A stretch of DNA of 64,000 nucleotides from Bacillota bacterium (GCA_023398815.1 JAEWRW010000020.1:130474-194473); one strand, 5' to 3'; positions 25,389 through 35,517 are shown, counted from the stretch's first letter. Numbers and translations: made by a program. The notes: a model not told the origin generated them from the letters alone.

Positions 25389-27290
25389 ATGGGAGAGAAA
25401 ATCAAACAACTGCTAATTGGTCGCCCCCTGCGCAACGAAGCGTTGGCCGGGGAGAAGTTCGGTGCGCTCTGGGGCTTGCCCATCTTGTCCAGCGATGCGA
25501 TTTCCTCGGTGGCGTACGCGGGTGAACAGATTCTGTTGGTGCTGCTGCCGGTGTTCTATGGCGTGGCATACCATCAAATGGTTTGGGTGCTCGGGGCCAT
25601 CATCGGCCTGCTGGCGATTCTGGTGTTGAGCTATCGACAAACCATCGACGCTTATCCCAACGGCGGCGGCGCATACATCGTTGCCAAGGAGAACCTGGGC
25701 ACGGTGCCGGGCATTACCGCTGGGGCGGCGCTAGCGGTGGACTATGTGCTGACCGTGGCAGTCAGCGTGTCGTCGGGCGTGGAGCAAATCGCCACGGCCT
25801 TTCCCCAGCTGGAGCACTATGTCACACCGGTTTGTGTGGCCATCATGCTGCTGCTGATGCTGGGGAACTTGCGCGGTATCCGGGAGTCGTCGCGCATTTT
25901 TGGCTTGCCCACCTATCTCTTTTTGGCCGGCATGCTGGTGATGTTTCTCGTCGGCGGGTGGAAGCTTGCCCACGGCACCGCGCCGATCAACCCCATTCCC
26001 CAGCCCGATGGGGCGGCGGTGTCAGCCCTGAACGCCATGACCGGCCCCATGATGCTGGTGCTGCTGCTCAAAGCTTTCTCCAATGGCTGTGCGGCGCTCA
26101 CCGGAGTGGAGGCCGTCAGCAACGCGGTACCGATCTTCCGCGAGCCCAGCCAGCACAATGCCAAGAAGGTTCTGGTGCTGTTGGCGCTGTGCGTGTTTGG
26201 CACGCTGGCGGGGACCACGGTGCTGGCCACCAGTTATCACGTCGTTGTGGGTGGCGAGAATCCCCAGGCGGTGATCGTGCAGCTGGCGCGCATCACCTTT
26301 GGCGGCGGCAGTGTTTTGTACTTCTACGTTGTGGCCATGACCTTCACACTGCTGGTGTTGGCTGCCAACACGGCGTTTTCCGGCCTCCCGTTGTTGCTCA
26401 GTCTCATCTCGGCAAACGGCTACGCGCCGCGGCAGCTGAGCCACCGGGGGGACCGGCTGAGCTATTCCAACGGCATCATGCTGCTGACGGCGGCAGCCAT
26501 TCTGCTGGTCGTGGTATTTGATTCCCAGGTGGAGTCGCTCATCGGCCTTTATGCCATTGGGGTGTTCATCTCGTTTACCTTGTCGCAGTTCGGCATGCTG
26601 CGGCACTGGAAGCGCCTGCGTGGCCCCCATTGGCACTGGAAGGCGGCCGTCAATGGGTTTGGCGCACTGCTTACGGCAGTGGTCGTACTCATCATTGCGG
26701 TGTTCAAGTTTGCCGATGGCGCCTGGATTGTGGTGGTGCTCATTCCCCTGCTGGTATGGCTGATGCTGCGCACCAAACGCCATTACCTGGCGGTGGCCAG
26801 TCAACTGCGCATCGACGACATCCCTGCGGCGGGCAAGACTCTCCTGAAGAATCCTTACCGCACCCGCATCATCGTGCCGATGGCCAGCGTCAACCGTGCC
26901 AGCGTTCGTGCGCTGCGCTATGCCTGCACCATCAGCACGAACGTCACCGCTTTCAGCGTGGCGCTGGACGAGGCGGAAGCCGAACACCTGCAGGAGCGCT
27001 GGAACCTGGTGCACACCGACATCCCCTATGTTGTGCGGGTGTCGCCCACGCGACGGGTCACCCGTACCCTGCTGGAATACATTGAGTCCGCTGAGTACGA
27101 GCGCCGGCCCGGTGACGTCATTACCATCGTCCTGCCCCAGTTCATGGTGCACCGCTGGTGGCATCGGCTCTTGCACAACCACACCCGCACCACGGTGGAG
27201 CGACGCCTGCTGCACCACAAGCACATCGTTGTCGCCGTCATGCCCTTCCAGCTCAAGGACGACGACGCAGGCATTACTCTGCATGAGTGA
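25389..27290 (+). CDS. APC-superfamily permease with a C-terminal cytoplasmic domain
   Basis: The ATG at 25389 follows AAGGAAAGGGA. The N-terminus GRPLRNEALAGEKFGALWGLPILSSDAISSVAYAGEQIL is followed by about 12 TM helices and a soluble tail of about 200 aa. Confidence 0.85.
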   Translation: MGEKIKQLLIGRPLRNEALAGEKFGALWGLPILSSDAISSVAYAGEQILLVLLPVFYGVAYHQMVWVLGAIIGLLAILVLSYRQTIDAYPNGGGAYIVAKENLGTVPGITAGAALAVDYVLTVAVSVSSGVEQIATAFPQLEHYVTPVCVAIMLLLMLGNLRGIRESSRIFGLPTYLFLAGMLVMFLVGGWKLAHGTAPINPIPQPDGAAVSALNAMTGPMMLVLLLKAFSNGCAALTGVEAVSNAVPIFREPSQHNAKKVLVLLALCVFGTLAGTTVLATSYHVVVGGENPQAVIVQLARITFGGGSVLYFYVVAMTFTLLVLAANTAFSGLPLLLSLISANGYAPRQLSHRGDRLSYSNGIMLLTAAAILLVVVFDSQVESLIGLYAIGVFISFTLSQFGMLRHWKRLRGPHWHWKAAVNGFGALLTAVVVLIIAVFKFADGAWIVVVLIPLLVWLMLRTKRHYLAVASQLRIDDIPAAGKTLLKNPYRTRIIVPMASVNRASVRALRYACTISTNVTAFSVALDEAEAEHLQERWNLVHTDIPYVVRVSPTRRVTRTLLEYIESAEYERRPGDVITIVLPQFMVHRWWHRLLHNHTRTTVERRLLHHKHIVVAVMPFQLKDDDAGITLHE

Positions 27291-27360
27291 TCGCGCCGAC
27301 CGATTGACTTTGCGCCCGGTCGTCGTATACTAAGGAGCATCTTTCCAACGGGGGGGCGCT

Positions 27361-29190
27361 ATGTTTCGTACGCTGCGGGGGAAGTTCACACTGGTGTACC
27401 TGGCCCTGGCGCTGCTGGCGGCCTTGGTCGGGTTGGCCGGTGTCTGGAACCTGCAGCGGCTGGAGCGCTCCGTCAACAACCTGATGACAGCCAATTACAG
27501 GAGCATCGACGTCGTCTACCACATGATGGAGGCCATCGAGCGGCAGGACAGCGCCGTTCTCCTCTACATTGGGGTGGACGAAGAACAAGGCATCGCTCTG
27601 TTTTCTCAGAACCAGACCGAATTCCTGCAGTGGCTCGATGCCGAGAGCGACAACGTAACTGAGGATGGGGAAAGCACGGTGCTAGACATCCTCAGTGCGG
27701 ACTATGAGGAATACAGCGCTACCCTCTACCACATGCAGCAGTTAAGCGACAAAGCGGCCCGTAGCGACTATTACCTGAATACCATTCGCCCCCTCTTTGA
27801 GCAGATCAAAGACCAATGTCGCCAGCTTGTGCAGATCAACGAAACGGCGATGTTTGCGGCCAAGCAGCGTACCACCGACGACGTGGGGCGCTCCATGCTG
27901 GCGCTGCTGGGGGCGGCCCTGCTGGCGTTGGCCGGGGGCTTTGCCATGTCGCAGTTCTTCATCCGGCGGTTTCTCAAGCCCATCGGGCTGCTGGCGCAGC
28001 GCATGGCACAGGTGCGGGAGGGCAGCTGGGACCTGCAGATGGAAGCAGGGCCAAACGACGAAACGGGTCGGCTCGTCCTGGAGTTCAACGACATGACGCG
28101 CCGCCTGCAGGATTATGAGCGCAGCAGCATGGGCACGCTGCTGGGCGAGCGCAACCGATCATTGGCCATTGTGCAGAGCATCTCCGACCCGTTGTTGGTG
28201 CTGGATGCCGGTTGGCGCATCCAGCTTGCCAATGAGGCCTTCCTGCGGGCGTTCGTCCTGCCCCAAGGGGGTGAGGTGGCGGGTTGCCACTTTCTGGAGG
28301 TGATTCACGATGGTGCGCTCTTTGCCCAGCTAGAGGAGCAGGTTGCCCATGCCGACGCTGATGTGCGGGAGACGGCAATCCACCGTGTGGGCGAGCGGTA
28401 TTACAACCTCTCAGTGACGCGCCTGCACAATGGTGACGGCAACACCGGTACCATTGCCGTGCTGCACGACATCACCGAGCTCAAAGAGTTGGAGCGAGTA
28501 CGCACCGACTTTTTGGCCTCCATCTCCCATGAGTTCAAAACGCCGCTGACGTCCATCCTGATGGCGTCCAGCCTCTTGAAGGAAGGGGGCCTGGGAGCGC
28601 TCAGCGCCGACCAGGCCCAAGCCATTGAAACTGTGGGTGAGGATGGGGAGCGGCTCCTCAACCTGGTCAACGACCTGCTGGAACTCATGCGGATGGAGTC
28701 GGGCCGGGAGGTTTACCACATGGAGCGCTGCTCGCTGGGCGACATCGTGCGTGCCGCGGTCGATTCCTTCCGCGAGACCGCCCGCCGCCGCGCCATTGGG
28801 CTGGACTTCTCCGTGCCGGAGGCCCTGCCGCCCGTGCATGCGGATTGTGAAAAGATCACCTGGGTGCTCAACAACCTCATCAGCAACGCACTGACCTACT
28901 CCGGTGCGGGCGACGCCATCGATGTGACGGCCCAGGCAGAGCGGGCGTTTGTGCGCGTCAGCGTGCGCGACACGGGCATTGGCATTGCGCCCCAGCACCT
29001 GGAGCGCATCTTTGACCGCTTCGTGCATGGCGAGGCGGAGGACATCGAGGTGCGCGGCACCGGGGTAGGGCTTTCGGTGGCACGCCAGATTGTACGCGAC
29101 CATGGCGGGGACATCACCGTCACCTCGCAGGAGGGTGCGGGGAGCACGTTCACCTTCACCCTGCCGGTGGAGGAGGGGGCACGGCCATGA
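27361..29190 (+). CDS. Sensor histidine kinase (N-terminal helical sensor, HAMP, PAS, HisKA, HATPase_c)
   Basis: Two TM segments, H-box SHEFKTPLTSI, and the G-boxes DTGIGIAPQ and GTGVGLSVAR. Confidence 0.9.
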   Translation: MFRTLRGKFTLVYLALALLAALVGLAGVWNLQRLERSVNNLMTANYRSIDVVYHMMEAIERQDSAVLLYIGVDEEQGIALFSQNQTEFLQWLDAESDNVTEDGESTVLDILSADYEEYSATLYHMQQLSDKAARSDYYLNTIRPLFEQIKDQCRQLVQINETAMFAAKQRTTDDVGRSMLALLGAALLALAGGFAMSQFFIRRFLKPIGLLAQRMAQVREGSWDLQMEAGPNDETGRLVLEFNDMTRRLQDYERSSMGTLLGERNRSLAIVQSISDPLLVLDAGWRIQLANEAFLRAFVLPQGGEVAGCHFLEVIHDGALFAQLEEQVAHADADVRETAIHRVGERYYNLSVTRLHNGDGNTGTIAVLHDITELKELERVRTDFLASISHEFKTPLTSILMASSLLKEGGLGALSADQAQAIETVGEDGERLLNLVNDLLELMRMESGREVYHMERCSLGDIVRAAVDSFRETARRRAIGLDFSVPEALPPVHADCEKITWVLNNLISNALTYSGAGDAIDVTAQAERAFVRVSVRDTGIGIAPQHLERIFDRFVHGEAEDIEVRGTGVGLSVARQIVRDHGGDITVTSQEGAGSTFTFTLPVEEGARP

Positions 29191-29777
29191 AGCGTGTTTT
29201 GGTGGCCGATGATACCAAGAACATCCGTCTGCTGGTGCGCAAATGTCTGGAGATGGAGGGTTACGCCGTGGACGAGGCCGCCGACGGCCCCCAGGCGCTG
29301 GAGCTGTTGCGTTCGGGCGGGTATCACTTGGCGTTTCTGGATATCAAGATGCCTGTGATCAGTGGCACCGAGGTACTGCGCACCATTCGCGCCCAGGGCG
29401 TACGCACGCCGGTCATCATCATCACCGCTTATGCCACCGTGAAGAACGCCGTGGAGTGCACCCAACTGGGGGCTGTGGCGTACCTGCACAAGCCCTTCAC
29501 CGCCGACAAACTGCGCGCCGTGTTGGCCGAGGCGCTGCCGCTGGACCACACCCAGGCCGCCCGCCGCCTGCTACGGGAGGGCAAGCCCCAGGAAGCCCTG
29601 CCGGAGCTGCGCAAAGCGCTGGGGGAGTCGCCGCTCGATGCGGGCGTCTACCGTCTGCTCGCCCTAGCCAGCGCCCGCGCCGGCAACCGCGAGGATGCCG
29701 AGAAGTACCTGCGGCTAGCCCGTACGCTGGAGCCGGACAAGCCGCCGGCTCCGCCCTCTGACCCATCGAACGCATGA
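29187..29777 (+). CDS. Response regulator: receiver domain plus a TPR-like helical tail, with no DNA-binding output
   Basis: ATGA overlap with the kinase gene. REC motifs VLVADDTK and LAFLDIKMP are present. The tail reads EGKPQEALPELRKALGESPLDAGVYRLLALASARAGNREDAEKYLRLARTLEP. Confidence 0.85.
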   Translation: MKRVLVADDTKNIRLLVRKCLEMEGYAVDEAADGPQALELLRSGGYHLAFLDIKMPVISGTEVLRTIRAQGVRTPVIIITAYATVKNAVECTQLGAVAYLHKPFTADKLRAVLAEALPLDHTQAARRLLREGKPQEALPELRKALGESPLDAGVYRLLALASARAGNREDAEKYLRLARTLEPDKPPAPPSDPSNA

Positions 29778-29808
29778 GCGTAGCATGTCGTTCTCGCCAA
29801 AGGGATAC

Positions 29809-29842
29809 AAAACCCGGCAGTCGTTGTGCTGCCGGGTTTTTG
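29809..29842. terminator. Bidirectional Rho-independent terminator
   Basis: AAAACCCGGCAG, an 8-nt loop, then CTGCCGGGTTTT followed by TG. Confidence 0.7.
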
Positions 29843-29872
29843 TGTGCGTCGCGTGGGGTTGCGGTTAAGCCA

Positions 29873-31102
29873 CTAGCCCATATAGGGGCAGGTCCAGTAG
29901 GCTTCGGGGGCATTCTGCCATTCCGGCAGGCCCAGGCCACCGGCGTTGTAGGCAACCTTGCCGCCGCAGATGGTCGTCTGGCACTCTAGCTTCCGGTCGC
30001 CGCGGATGATAGCCTTGCCGCAGTCCACATAGTTGAACTCGCCCTGCAGTACGCGCAGCACCGCAACGTCGGCGGTGGCACCCACCGAGAGGGTACCGAG
30101 GTCGCCGCGGTTGATGGCCTTTGCCGGTGCGGCAGTCACACGGGCCACCACGTCCTGCAGGCTCATGCCCATGTTGAGGTACTTGGACATCATCTGCAGG
30201 TTGTCAAGCCCAGCGTACAGCAGGCTGCTGAAGTGGATGTCGGTGGAGATGGTGTCCGGTGCGAAGCCGTCGTCCAGCGCACGCTTGGCGTTGCGGAACC
30301 AGAAGCTGGCGCCGCCGTGGCCCACGTCAAAGAGCACACCGTTCTCCCGCGCCTTCCACATGTGGTCGTACACCTTGCCGTTTTCATCCACGATGGGGAA
30401 CTGCTGGGCAAAGACATGGGTGTGGATGTCGCCCGGGCGCAGGTGCTCCAGAATCATATCCGCATAGGGGCTCTGGGGCCGGTTGGGCTGGAAGTCGATC
30501 ATCGCTGGCAGGCCAGCCAGCGCGCCAGCCTCCACCGCGCGGTCCACCGAGGCCCAGGGGTAGTGCACCTCGTCGAAGGGCTTGCCACCGCCCCAATAGT
30601 GGGCGCATTTGATGCCCACGATGGTATCGGGGTAGGCTTGGGCCACCGCGGCCGCCACCTTGGGCTGCATTTCCTTGGGGTTCTGCTCGGTGCGCATGTC
30701 GATCATGCCGCCGGAGGCGATGTTCAGGAACGCCAGCACCCGCACGGTGGAGGTGTCGATGATGTGCTCCTTGAAGAACAGGAAGTCACGCCAGCCGGTG
30801 GTGCCGGCATCCACAGCCGTGGTAACACCGGCGCGCAGCAGGTGAACGTCGCAATCGATGGCCGACAGGGAGTGAGGCCCCTTGGGCAGCATGGGGTACA
30901 GGTGGGTGTGCATGTCGATGATGCCAGGCGTGACCACGCAGCCCTTGGCGTCCATCACCGTCTTGGCATTCGCGGACGGGAGGTTCGGCCCCACCGCGGC
31001 AATGCGCCCATCCACAATGGCGACGTCCATGATCGCGTCTACTTTGTTGGCCGGGTCGATGACGTGCCCGCCCTGTAACAACAGATCGTACTGAGAATCC
31101 AT
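29873..31102 (-). CDS. Amidohydrolase/deacetylase-family metallohydrolase (dihydroorotase-like, COG3964 type)
   Basis: I start at Met14 of the track ORF (MDSQYDLLLQGGHVIDPA...). The metal motif GIIDMHTHL is present, with downstream His/Asp ligands. Confidence 0.8.
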   Translation of the reverse strand: MDSQYDLLLQGGHVIDPANKVDAIMDVAIVDGRIAAVGPNLPSANAKTVMDAKGCVVTPGIIDMHTHLYPMLPKGPHSLSAIDCDVHLLRAGVTTAVDAGTTGWRDFLFFKEHIIDTSTVRVLAFLNIASGGMIDMRTEQNPKEMQPKVAAAVAQAYPDTIVGIKCAHYWGGGKPFDEVHYPWASVDRAVEAGALAGLPAMIDFQPNRPQSPYADMILEHLRPGDIHTHVFAQQFPIVDENGKVYDHMWKARENGVLFDVGHGGASFWFRNAKRALDDGFAPDTISTDIHFSSLLYAGLDNLQMMSKYLNMGMSLQDVVARVTAAPAKAINRGDLGTLSVGATADVAVLRVLQGEFNYVDCGKAIIRGDRKLECQTTICGGKVAYNAGGLGLPEWQNAPEAYWTCPYMG

Positions 31103-31183
31103 GGCTGTCTTCCTTTCGTCCCTGGATTGCGGCCTCGGCATGCTCCTGCGCCGCGATAAATTGGTATAGACCTCTACACCACT

Positions 31184-33268
31184 CTACAACTCTGCACACC
31201 TGCCGTCAATGGCAATGGGGGAGCAAAATGCGCCAATCCCGTCTCTTTTGTCTGTACAATTTGGCGAGAAAATAAAACCCCCGTTTGCCTGTGTGTTCCC
31301 GCACCGGTTACCGGGCAGGGTCACCTCTTCGTTGGCTGGCAGGGGCACCGCTTGGCCCCGCCAACGCAGTTCTCCGCCCCCGCGGGAGGCCTTCACCCGC
31401 ACGGCAGTTTCGTCGAGCCAGACATGGACCTCTCCATCGGGCAGTGGCACTACCCCGTGGAGGGAGCCGATGCCGCCATCGTGGGGTTCCACCACGAAGG
31501 TGCCATACCCCGGTGAGGTGGGGGAGACGCCGAGGACATACCGCCCCAGCAGGTAGATGGGCCCGCCCCCCCAGGCGTGGCACAGCGAACGGCCGTAGGC
31601 ACTGCCATACATGGCGTAGTGGGCGACGCCCTGCTCGGCAGGGTCGTACTGCTCCCAGATGGTGGTGGCCCCCAGCCGGATCATGCCGCCCCAGTAGGAC
31701 TCAATGCTGGCCACCGCCCCGGCGATGTCGCCCATGCGGCACAGGGCATCGAGCTCAAAGAACTTGAAGTAGGGCGTGGTGATGGTGGGCACCGCCTCGT
31801 TGCACAGCACGTTGCGGTAGAGCTTTTTGTGGCGTTCTTCGTCAGCAATGTCCAGCAGGATGGCGAACACGTTGGCGTGGCGCGTCACATTACGCCGGCC
31901 GGAGGCGTAGGAGTCGATGTAGGCACACTTCTTCTCATCCCAGAAGAACGCATCGATGCGCGATGCCAGCTTTTCCGCCTCCTCAGCGTACGGGGAAGCA
32001 TCTTTACCCAGCAGCCGCGCCAGGTCAGCCATCACCCGCAGGGACTTGAGGTACAGCATCTGCTCGGCCGCCACGGCCCCGGTTTTGTCCATGTCCGCCC
32101 AGTCCACAAACACCCATTCCCCAGGGAGCCCGACGACAAACCCATTCTCGTCGGTGCGGGCCATACAGAAGCGCATCAGCGACACGGCCTTGTCGTACAC
32201 GCGCGACAGAAATCCGGTGTCGTTGCAGGCCATGTGATAGTTCCACAGGCCGATGACCCAGTAAAAGCTGTAGTCCAGGATGGTGTTGATGTGCTCCTCA
32301 AACGGCTCCTTGCCACGCAGCGCCAGCATGGTGCGGCGCGTCACCGCCTGGTCGAAGAACAGGTAGTTGTTGACCATGTAGCTTTGGTACGCATCGCCCG
32401 ACCACACCCAGCGATCCCGCTTGATGCCATCCAGGAAAAACTCCCGGGTGTTGAGGTGGAAGGTGTAGGCCGCCGTCTCCCAAACCTGATTGAGAATGTC
32501 CCGGTCGCAGTGGAATGCGCCGCGCCGGGGCACCGGCAGGTATTCGTAGTCCATCGATACCCGCAGCCCCGCCGTGCCGCCGCGCACAAAGACGAAGCGG
32601 AAGGCCCGTTGCCGCAGCTGGTGGGTAGCAAGGCCGGAGACCTGCTCCCACACCAGGGTATTGTCCGTGTCCAGCGCTTCCTCTCTGGATTCGCCGTAGT
32701 ACACGCCGTAAGAGGCGGCTTCATCCGCGCCCTCGATGTTCAGGAACCCGAAGGTTTCCACCCCGAAGTCATAGAGCATTCCATCCTCTTGCGGTTGAGA
32801 CTGTACCGGCAGCTTGTGTTCATAGCAGAAGGGGAATTCCTCAGGCGCGTGGGCCGGGTCGGTCATCACCGGCTCGGCACCCACGGCGATGGATTCCAGC
32901 CCGTAATGCCCGCACTGCCAGCTTCCGTCGGTCGGGATGATGTCGCTCTGGGCATAGGCCGCAGGGAGTCCGCCGGTTCGGCTCACGCGGATCACCACCC
33001 GGTGGTTGCCTTTGGGCAGGGTATGGGTGGTATTGGTGGGCAACACACGCCCGTCGTCGATCTTGACATACCCGATCCCGGTGGTTTGCACGCGGATGAA
33101 CCCTTCCTGGTTGCTGTCATACGAGCGGCGGAATTCCACCGTGTTCCAGGGGGAGTCCACTTTCCACATGGTGGGGTAGTCAGCGCCAAACTCCTGCCGG
33201 CGGGCATGCAGCAGTTGGCTGTGGTGGATCTCAAAATCCCCGTAGTACCAGATCCATTGTGGCTTCAT
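31184..33268 (-). CDS. GH78-like six-hairpin glycosidase (alpha-L-rhamnosidase family-like)
   Basis: The ATG at 33268 follows AAGGAG (MKPQWIWYYGDFEIHH...). The central block DGIKRDRWVWSGDAYQ resembles the Bac_rhamnosid6H catalytic-domain motif. No signal peptide. Confidence 0.65.
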   Translation of the reverse strand: MKPQWIWYYGDFEIHHSQLLHARRQEFGADYPTMWKVDSPWNTVEFRRSYDSNQEGFIRVQTTGIGYVKIDDGRVLPTNTTHTLPKGNHRVVIRVSRTGGLPAAYAQSDIIPTDGSWQCGHYGLESIAVGAEPVMTDPAHAPEEFPFCYEHKLPVQSQPQEDGMLYDFGVETFGFLNIEGADEAASYGVYYGESREEALDTDNTLVWEQVSGLATHQLRQRAFRFVFVRGGTAGLRVSMDYEYLPVPRRGAFHCDRDILNQVWETAAYTFHLNTREFFLDGIKRDRWVWSGDAYQSYMVNNYLFFDQAVTRRTMLALRGKEPFEEHINTILDYSFYWVIGLWNYHMACNDTGFLSRVYDKAVSLMRFCMARTDENGFVVGLPGEWVFVDWADMDKTGAVAAEQMLYLKSLRVMADLARLLGKDASPYAEEAEKLASRIDAFFWDEKKCAYIDSYASGRRNVTRHANVFAILLDIADEERHKKLYRNVLCNEAVPTITTPYFKFFELDALCRMGDIAGAVASIESYWGGMIRLGATTIWEQYDPAEQGVAHYAMYGSAYGRSLCHAWGGGPIYLLGRYVLGVSPTSPGYGTFVVEPHDGGIGSLHGVVPLPDGEVHVWLDETAVRVKASRGGGELRWRGQAVPLPANEEVTLPGNRCGNTQANGGFIFSPNCTDKRDGIGAFCSPIAIDGRCAEL

Positions 33269-33343
33269 GTGCGGTCTCCTTTCGTGCTTTGGAGCAGGGG
33301 GATGCGGGTGCATCACGTGTGCTGGTATGGCTGTGACGGGGGC

Positions 33344-34594
33344 TCAGGCACCCCGGTTGCCACCCTGCCCGCGCACCAGGGCCTCCACAAACTGGCGTGC
33401 GATGCGGGGCGACCGGCCGGCACGCTGCAGGGCAAAGCGCTCGGCCTCGGCATCCAGCCGCGCGGAATCCATGGTGATGCCATGATGTGCGGCCAAGTCG
33501 TGAACGATCTCCAGATACAGTGCTTTGTCCGGGCGGAAGAACCCCACCGACAGGCCGAACCGGTCGGCCAGCGAGCCCAGCTCTTGCAGGGTTTCGTTCA
33601 CGTGCACGTCGTCACCGGTGCGGTCGGCAAAGGTCTCTCGCACCAGGTGCCGGCGGTTGCTGGTGGCGTAGATGGCCACGTTGGGCGTCCGCGCCAGCGC
33701 CGAACCCTCCAGCGTCGCCTTGAGGGTGCTGAACTCGTCGCTGTCGCGGTCGAAGGACAGGTCGTCGATGAACAGCACAAACTTCAACGGGTTGTCTCGC
33801 AGCGCCGCAATGACCTCCGGCAGTGAACCGAGCTGGTGTTTGGCGACCTCGATGAGCCGCAGGCCCTGGTGGCAGTAGGTGTTGACGATGGCTTTGACCG
33901 TCGTGGATTTGCCCGTTCCCGCATCGCCATAGAGCAGGGCGTTGGCGGCGGGCTTGCCCTGCAGCAGGGCAAGGGTATTCTCCAGCACAGCCTGTCGCTC
34001 GGTCTCGTAACCCGTCAAGTCCGCCAGCTTCATGGGGTCGGGCCATAGCACCGGCTGAAATTGCCCGGCCTTCAGCAGGAACATGTGGTGCCGGGCAAAG
34101 GGGCCATACCCTACGGTGGCGAGGTTCTCCATCCTCTGCTGGTAAACGGCGAGGAAATCGACCTCACGGGTTTGCCACCCCGGCAGAGGCCCTTCATAAT
34201 CCAGTCCGGATGCTACTTCTTCCCCGGTCAGGCGTGACAAACCTTCCAACACCCCCAACTCATGCTGCAGCATCCCATCCAGTGCGGTGTCCACCGCGCC
34301 ACCCGTCGCTCGCCGGCGCACATAGACGGTCTCTTCGTCCAACACGCGCTCCAGCAAGCAGTCGGTGAGGTTGCCGCCCCGTTCCAGCAAGGTGGCGGCA
34401 AAGTCCGAATAGGCCATCACCTGCTCGAGTGGAACTTTGCCGGGGGAGGAGAGGAGGGCAGATAGCTTGCGAAGCAGTTCATCCTTCCCCAAAGCGTGGA
34501 ATAACACCAAAGAGTGCAGTTCTAGGTTCAGTCGTTCCAAATGGTTCACTGGGTTCAGTTCCTTCCGGTTGTGTTGGATTGCTTTGGCTTCCAT
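33344..34594 (-). CDS. DUF815-type AAA+ ATP-binding protein (start uncertain)
   Basis: Walker A is LLYGDAGTGKST and Walker B is VLFIDDLSF. I take the start at Met40 of the track ORF (34594). Confidence 0.75.
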   Translation of the reverse strand: MEAKAIQHNRKELNPVNHLERLNLELHSLVLFHALGKDELLRKLSALLSSPGKVPLEQVMAYSDFAATLLERGGNLTDCLLERVLDEETVYVRRRATGGAVDTALDGMLQHELGVLEGLSRLTGEEVASGLDYEGPLPGWQTREVDFLAVYQQRMENLATVGYGPFARHHMFLLKAGQFQPVLWPDPMKLADLTGYETERQAVLENTLALLQGKPAANALLYGDAGTGKSTTVKAIVNTYCHQGLRLIEVAKHQLGSLPEVIAALRDNPLKFVLFIDDLSFDRDSDEFSTLKATLEGSALARTPNVAIYATSNRRHLVRETFADRTGDDVHVNETLQELGSLADRFGLSVGFFRPDKALYLEIVHDLAAHHGITMDSARLDAEAERFALQRAGRSPRIARQFVEALVRGQGGNRGA

Positions 34595-34770
34595 GGCATT
34601 ATACCAAAGGTTGGCAGAAGGGAAGAAGCAATTTGCAGATGGTGTTGGCTTTTTGCGGTCACACAGAAAGGAAATCGCGGGGAAATTAGTTATGGAATGC
34701 CGCTGGGGCACGTTTCATTTTGCTTCTGCCTTCACTCCCGTGTGCATATGATACCTCGGGAGGGAGTCGT

Positions 34771-35517
34771 ATGCGTATTTTTGTGGTGACCCGGCGGCAT
34801 TTGGCATTGGTGGGCCTTGCGGTGGTCCTTGTGGTGGGGGCAGCGCTGGTAGGTATGCTGCGCGGGGGATCGTTTTCGGTCTTTGCCCCCAAGGACAACA
34901 TCCCCGTGTACAGCGTCAAGACCGAAGGCAAGCAGATCGCCATTACCTTTGACGCGGCGTGGGGCACGGACAAAACCGCCGCCCTGCTGGACATTCTGGA
35001 TAAGTATAACGTCAAGGCGACGTTCTTTGTCACGGGCATGTGGGCTAAGAAGAACGCGGACGTGCTGGCGGAAATCTCGCGACGCGGTCATGAGATCGGC
35101 AGCCATGGCTACACCCACAAGGACCTGACGACCCTGCCGGAGGCCGAGGTGATCGACGAACTGACTAAAACCGCCGATGTCATTGAAAAGGCAACGGGCA
35201 AGCGGCCCACGATCTTCCGGGCGCCTTACGGAGCTTGGAACGCCAAACTCGTGGACATCGTGGGCAAGGAGCAATTTGATTTTATACAATGGGATGTGGA
35301 CAGCCTTGACTGGCAGGGTCTCACCAGCGCCCAGATGCAGCAGCGCGTGTTCCCGCGTGTCGTCTCCGGCTCCATCATCCTCTTTCACAATGACGGTGCA
35401 AACACACCGGAGGTGATGCCGGTCGTCTTGGAGAAGTTCATTGCCGACGGCTACAAGCCGGTGACGGTGACGGAACTCTTAGGAGAGAGCTTGGAGACGG
35501 CGGTACAAAAAGACTGA
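34771..35517 (+). CDS. Polysaccharide deacetylase (NodB homology domain), membrane-anchored
   Basis: The ATG at 34771 follows GGGAGGGAG. There is an N-terminal TM helix, and the NodB motifs TFDAAWG, GHEIGSHGYTH and RAPYG. Confidence 0.85.
   Translation: MRIFVVTRRHLALVGLAVVLVVGAALVGMLRGGSFSVFAPKDNIPVYSVKTEGKQIAITFDAAWGTDKTAALLDILDKYNVKATFFVTGMWAKKNADVLAEISRRGHEIGSHGYTHKDLTTLPEAEVIDELTKTADVIEKATGKRPTIFRAPYGAWNAKLVDIVGKEQFDFIQWDVDSLDWQGLTSAQMQQRVFPRVVSGSIILFHNDGANTPEVMPVVLEKFIADGYKPVTVTELLGESLETAVQKD

Noticed and set aside
26022-27284. 420-aa minus-strand ORF
   Set aside because: It is antisense to the APC permease gene and has no TM or domain features.
31577-33826. 749-aa plus-strand ORF
   Set aside because: It spans two well-supported minus-strand genes (GH78-like and DUF815) and the spacer between them. 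The translation is Gly/His/Val/Arg-rich noise.
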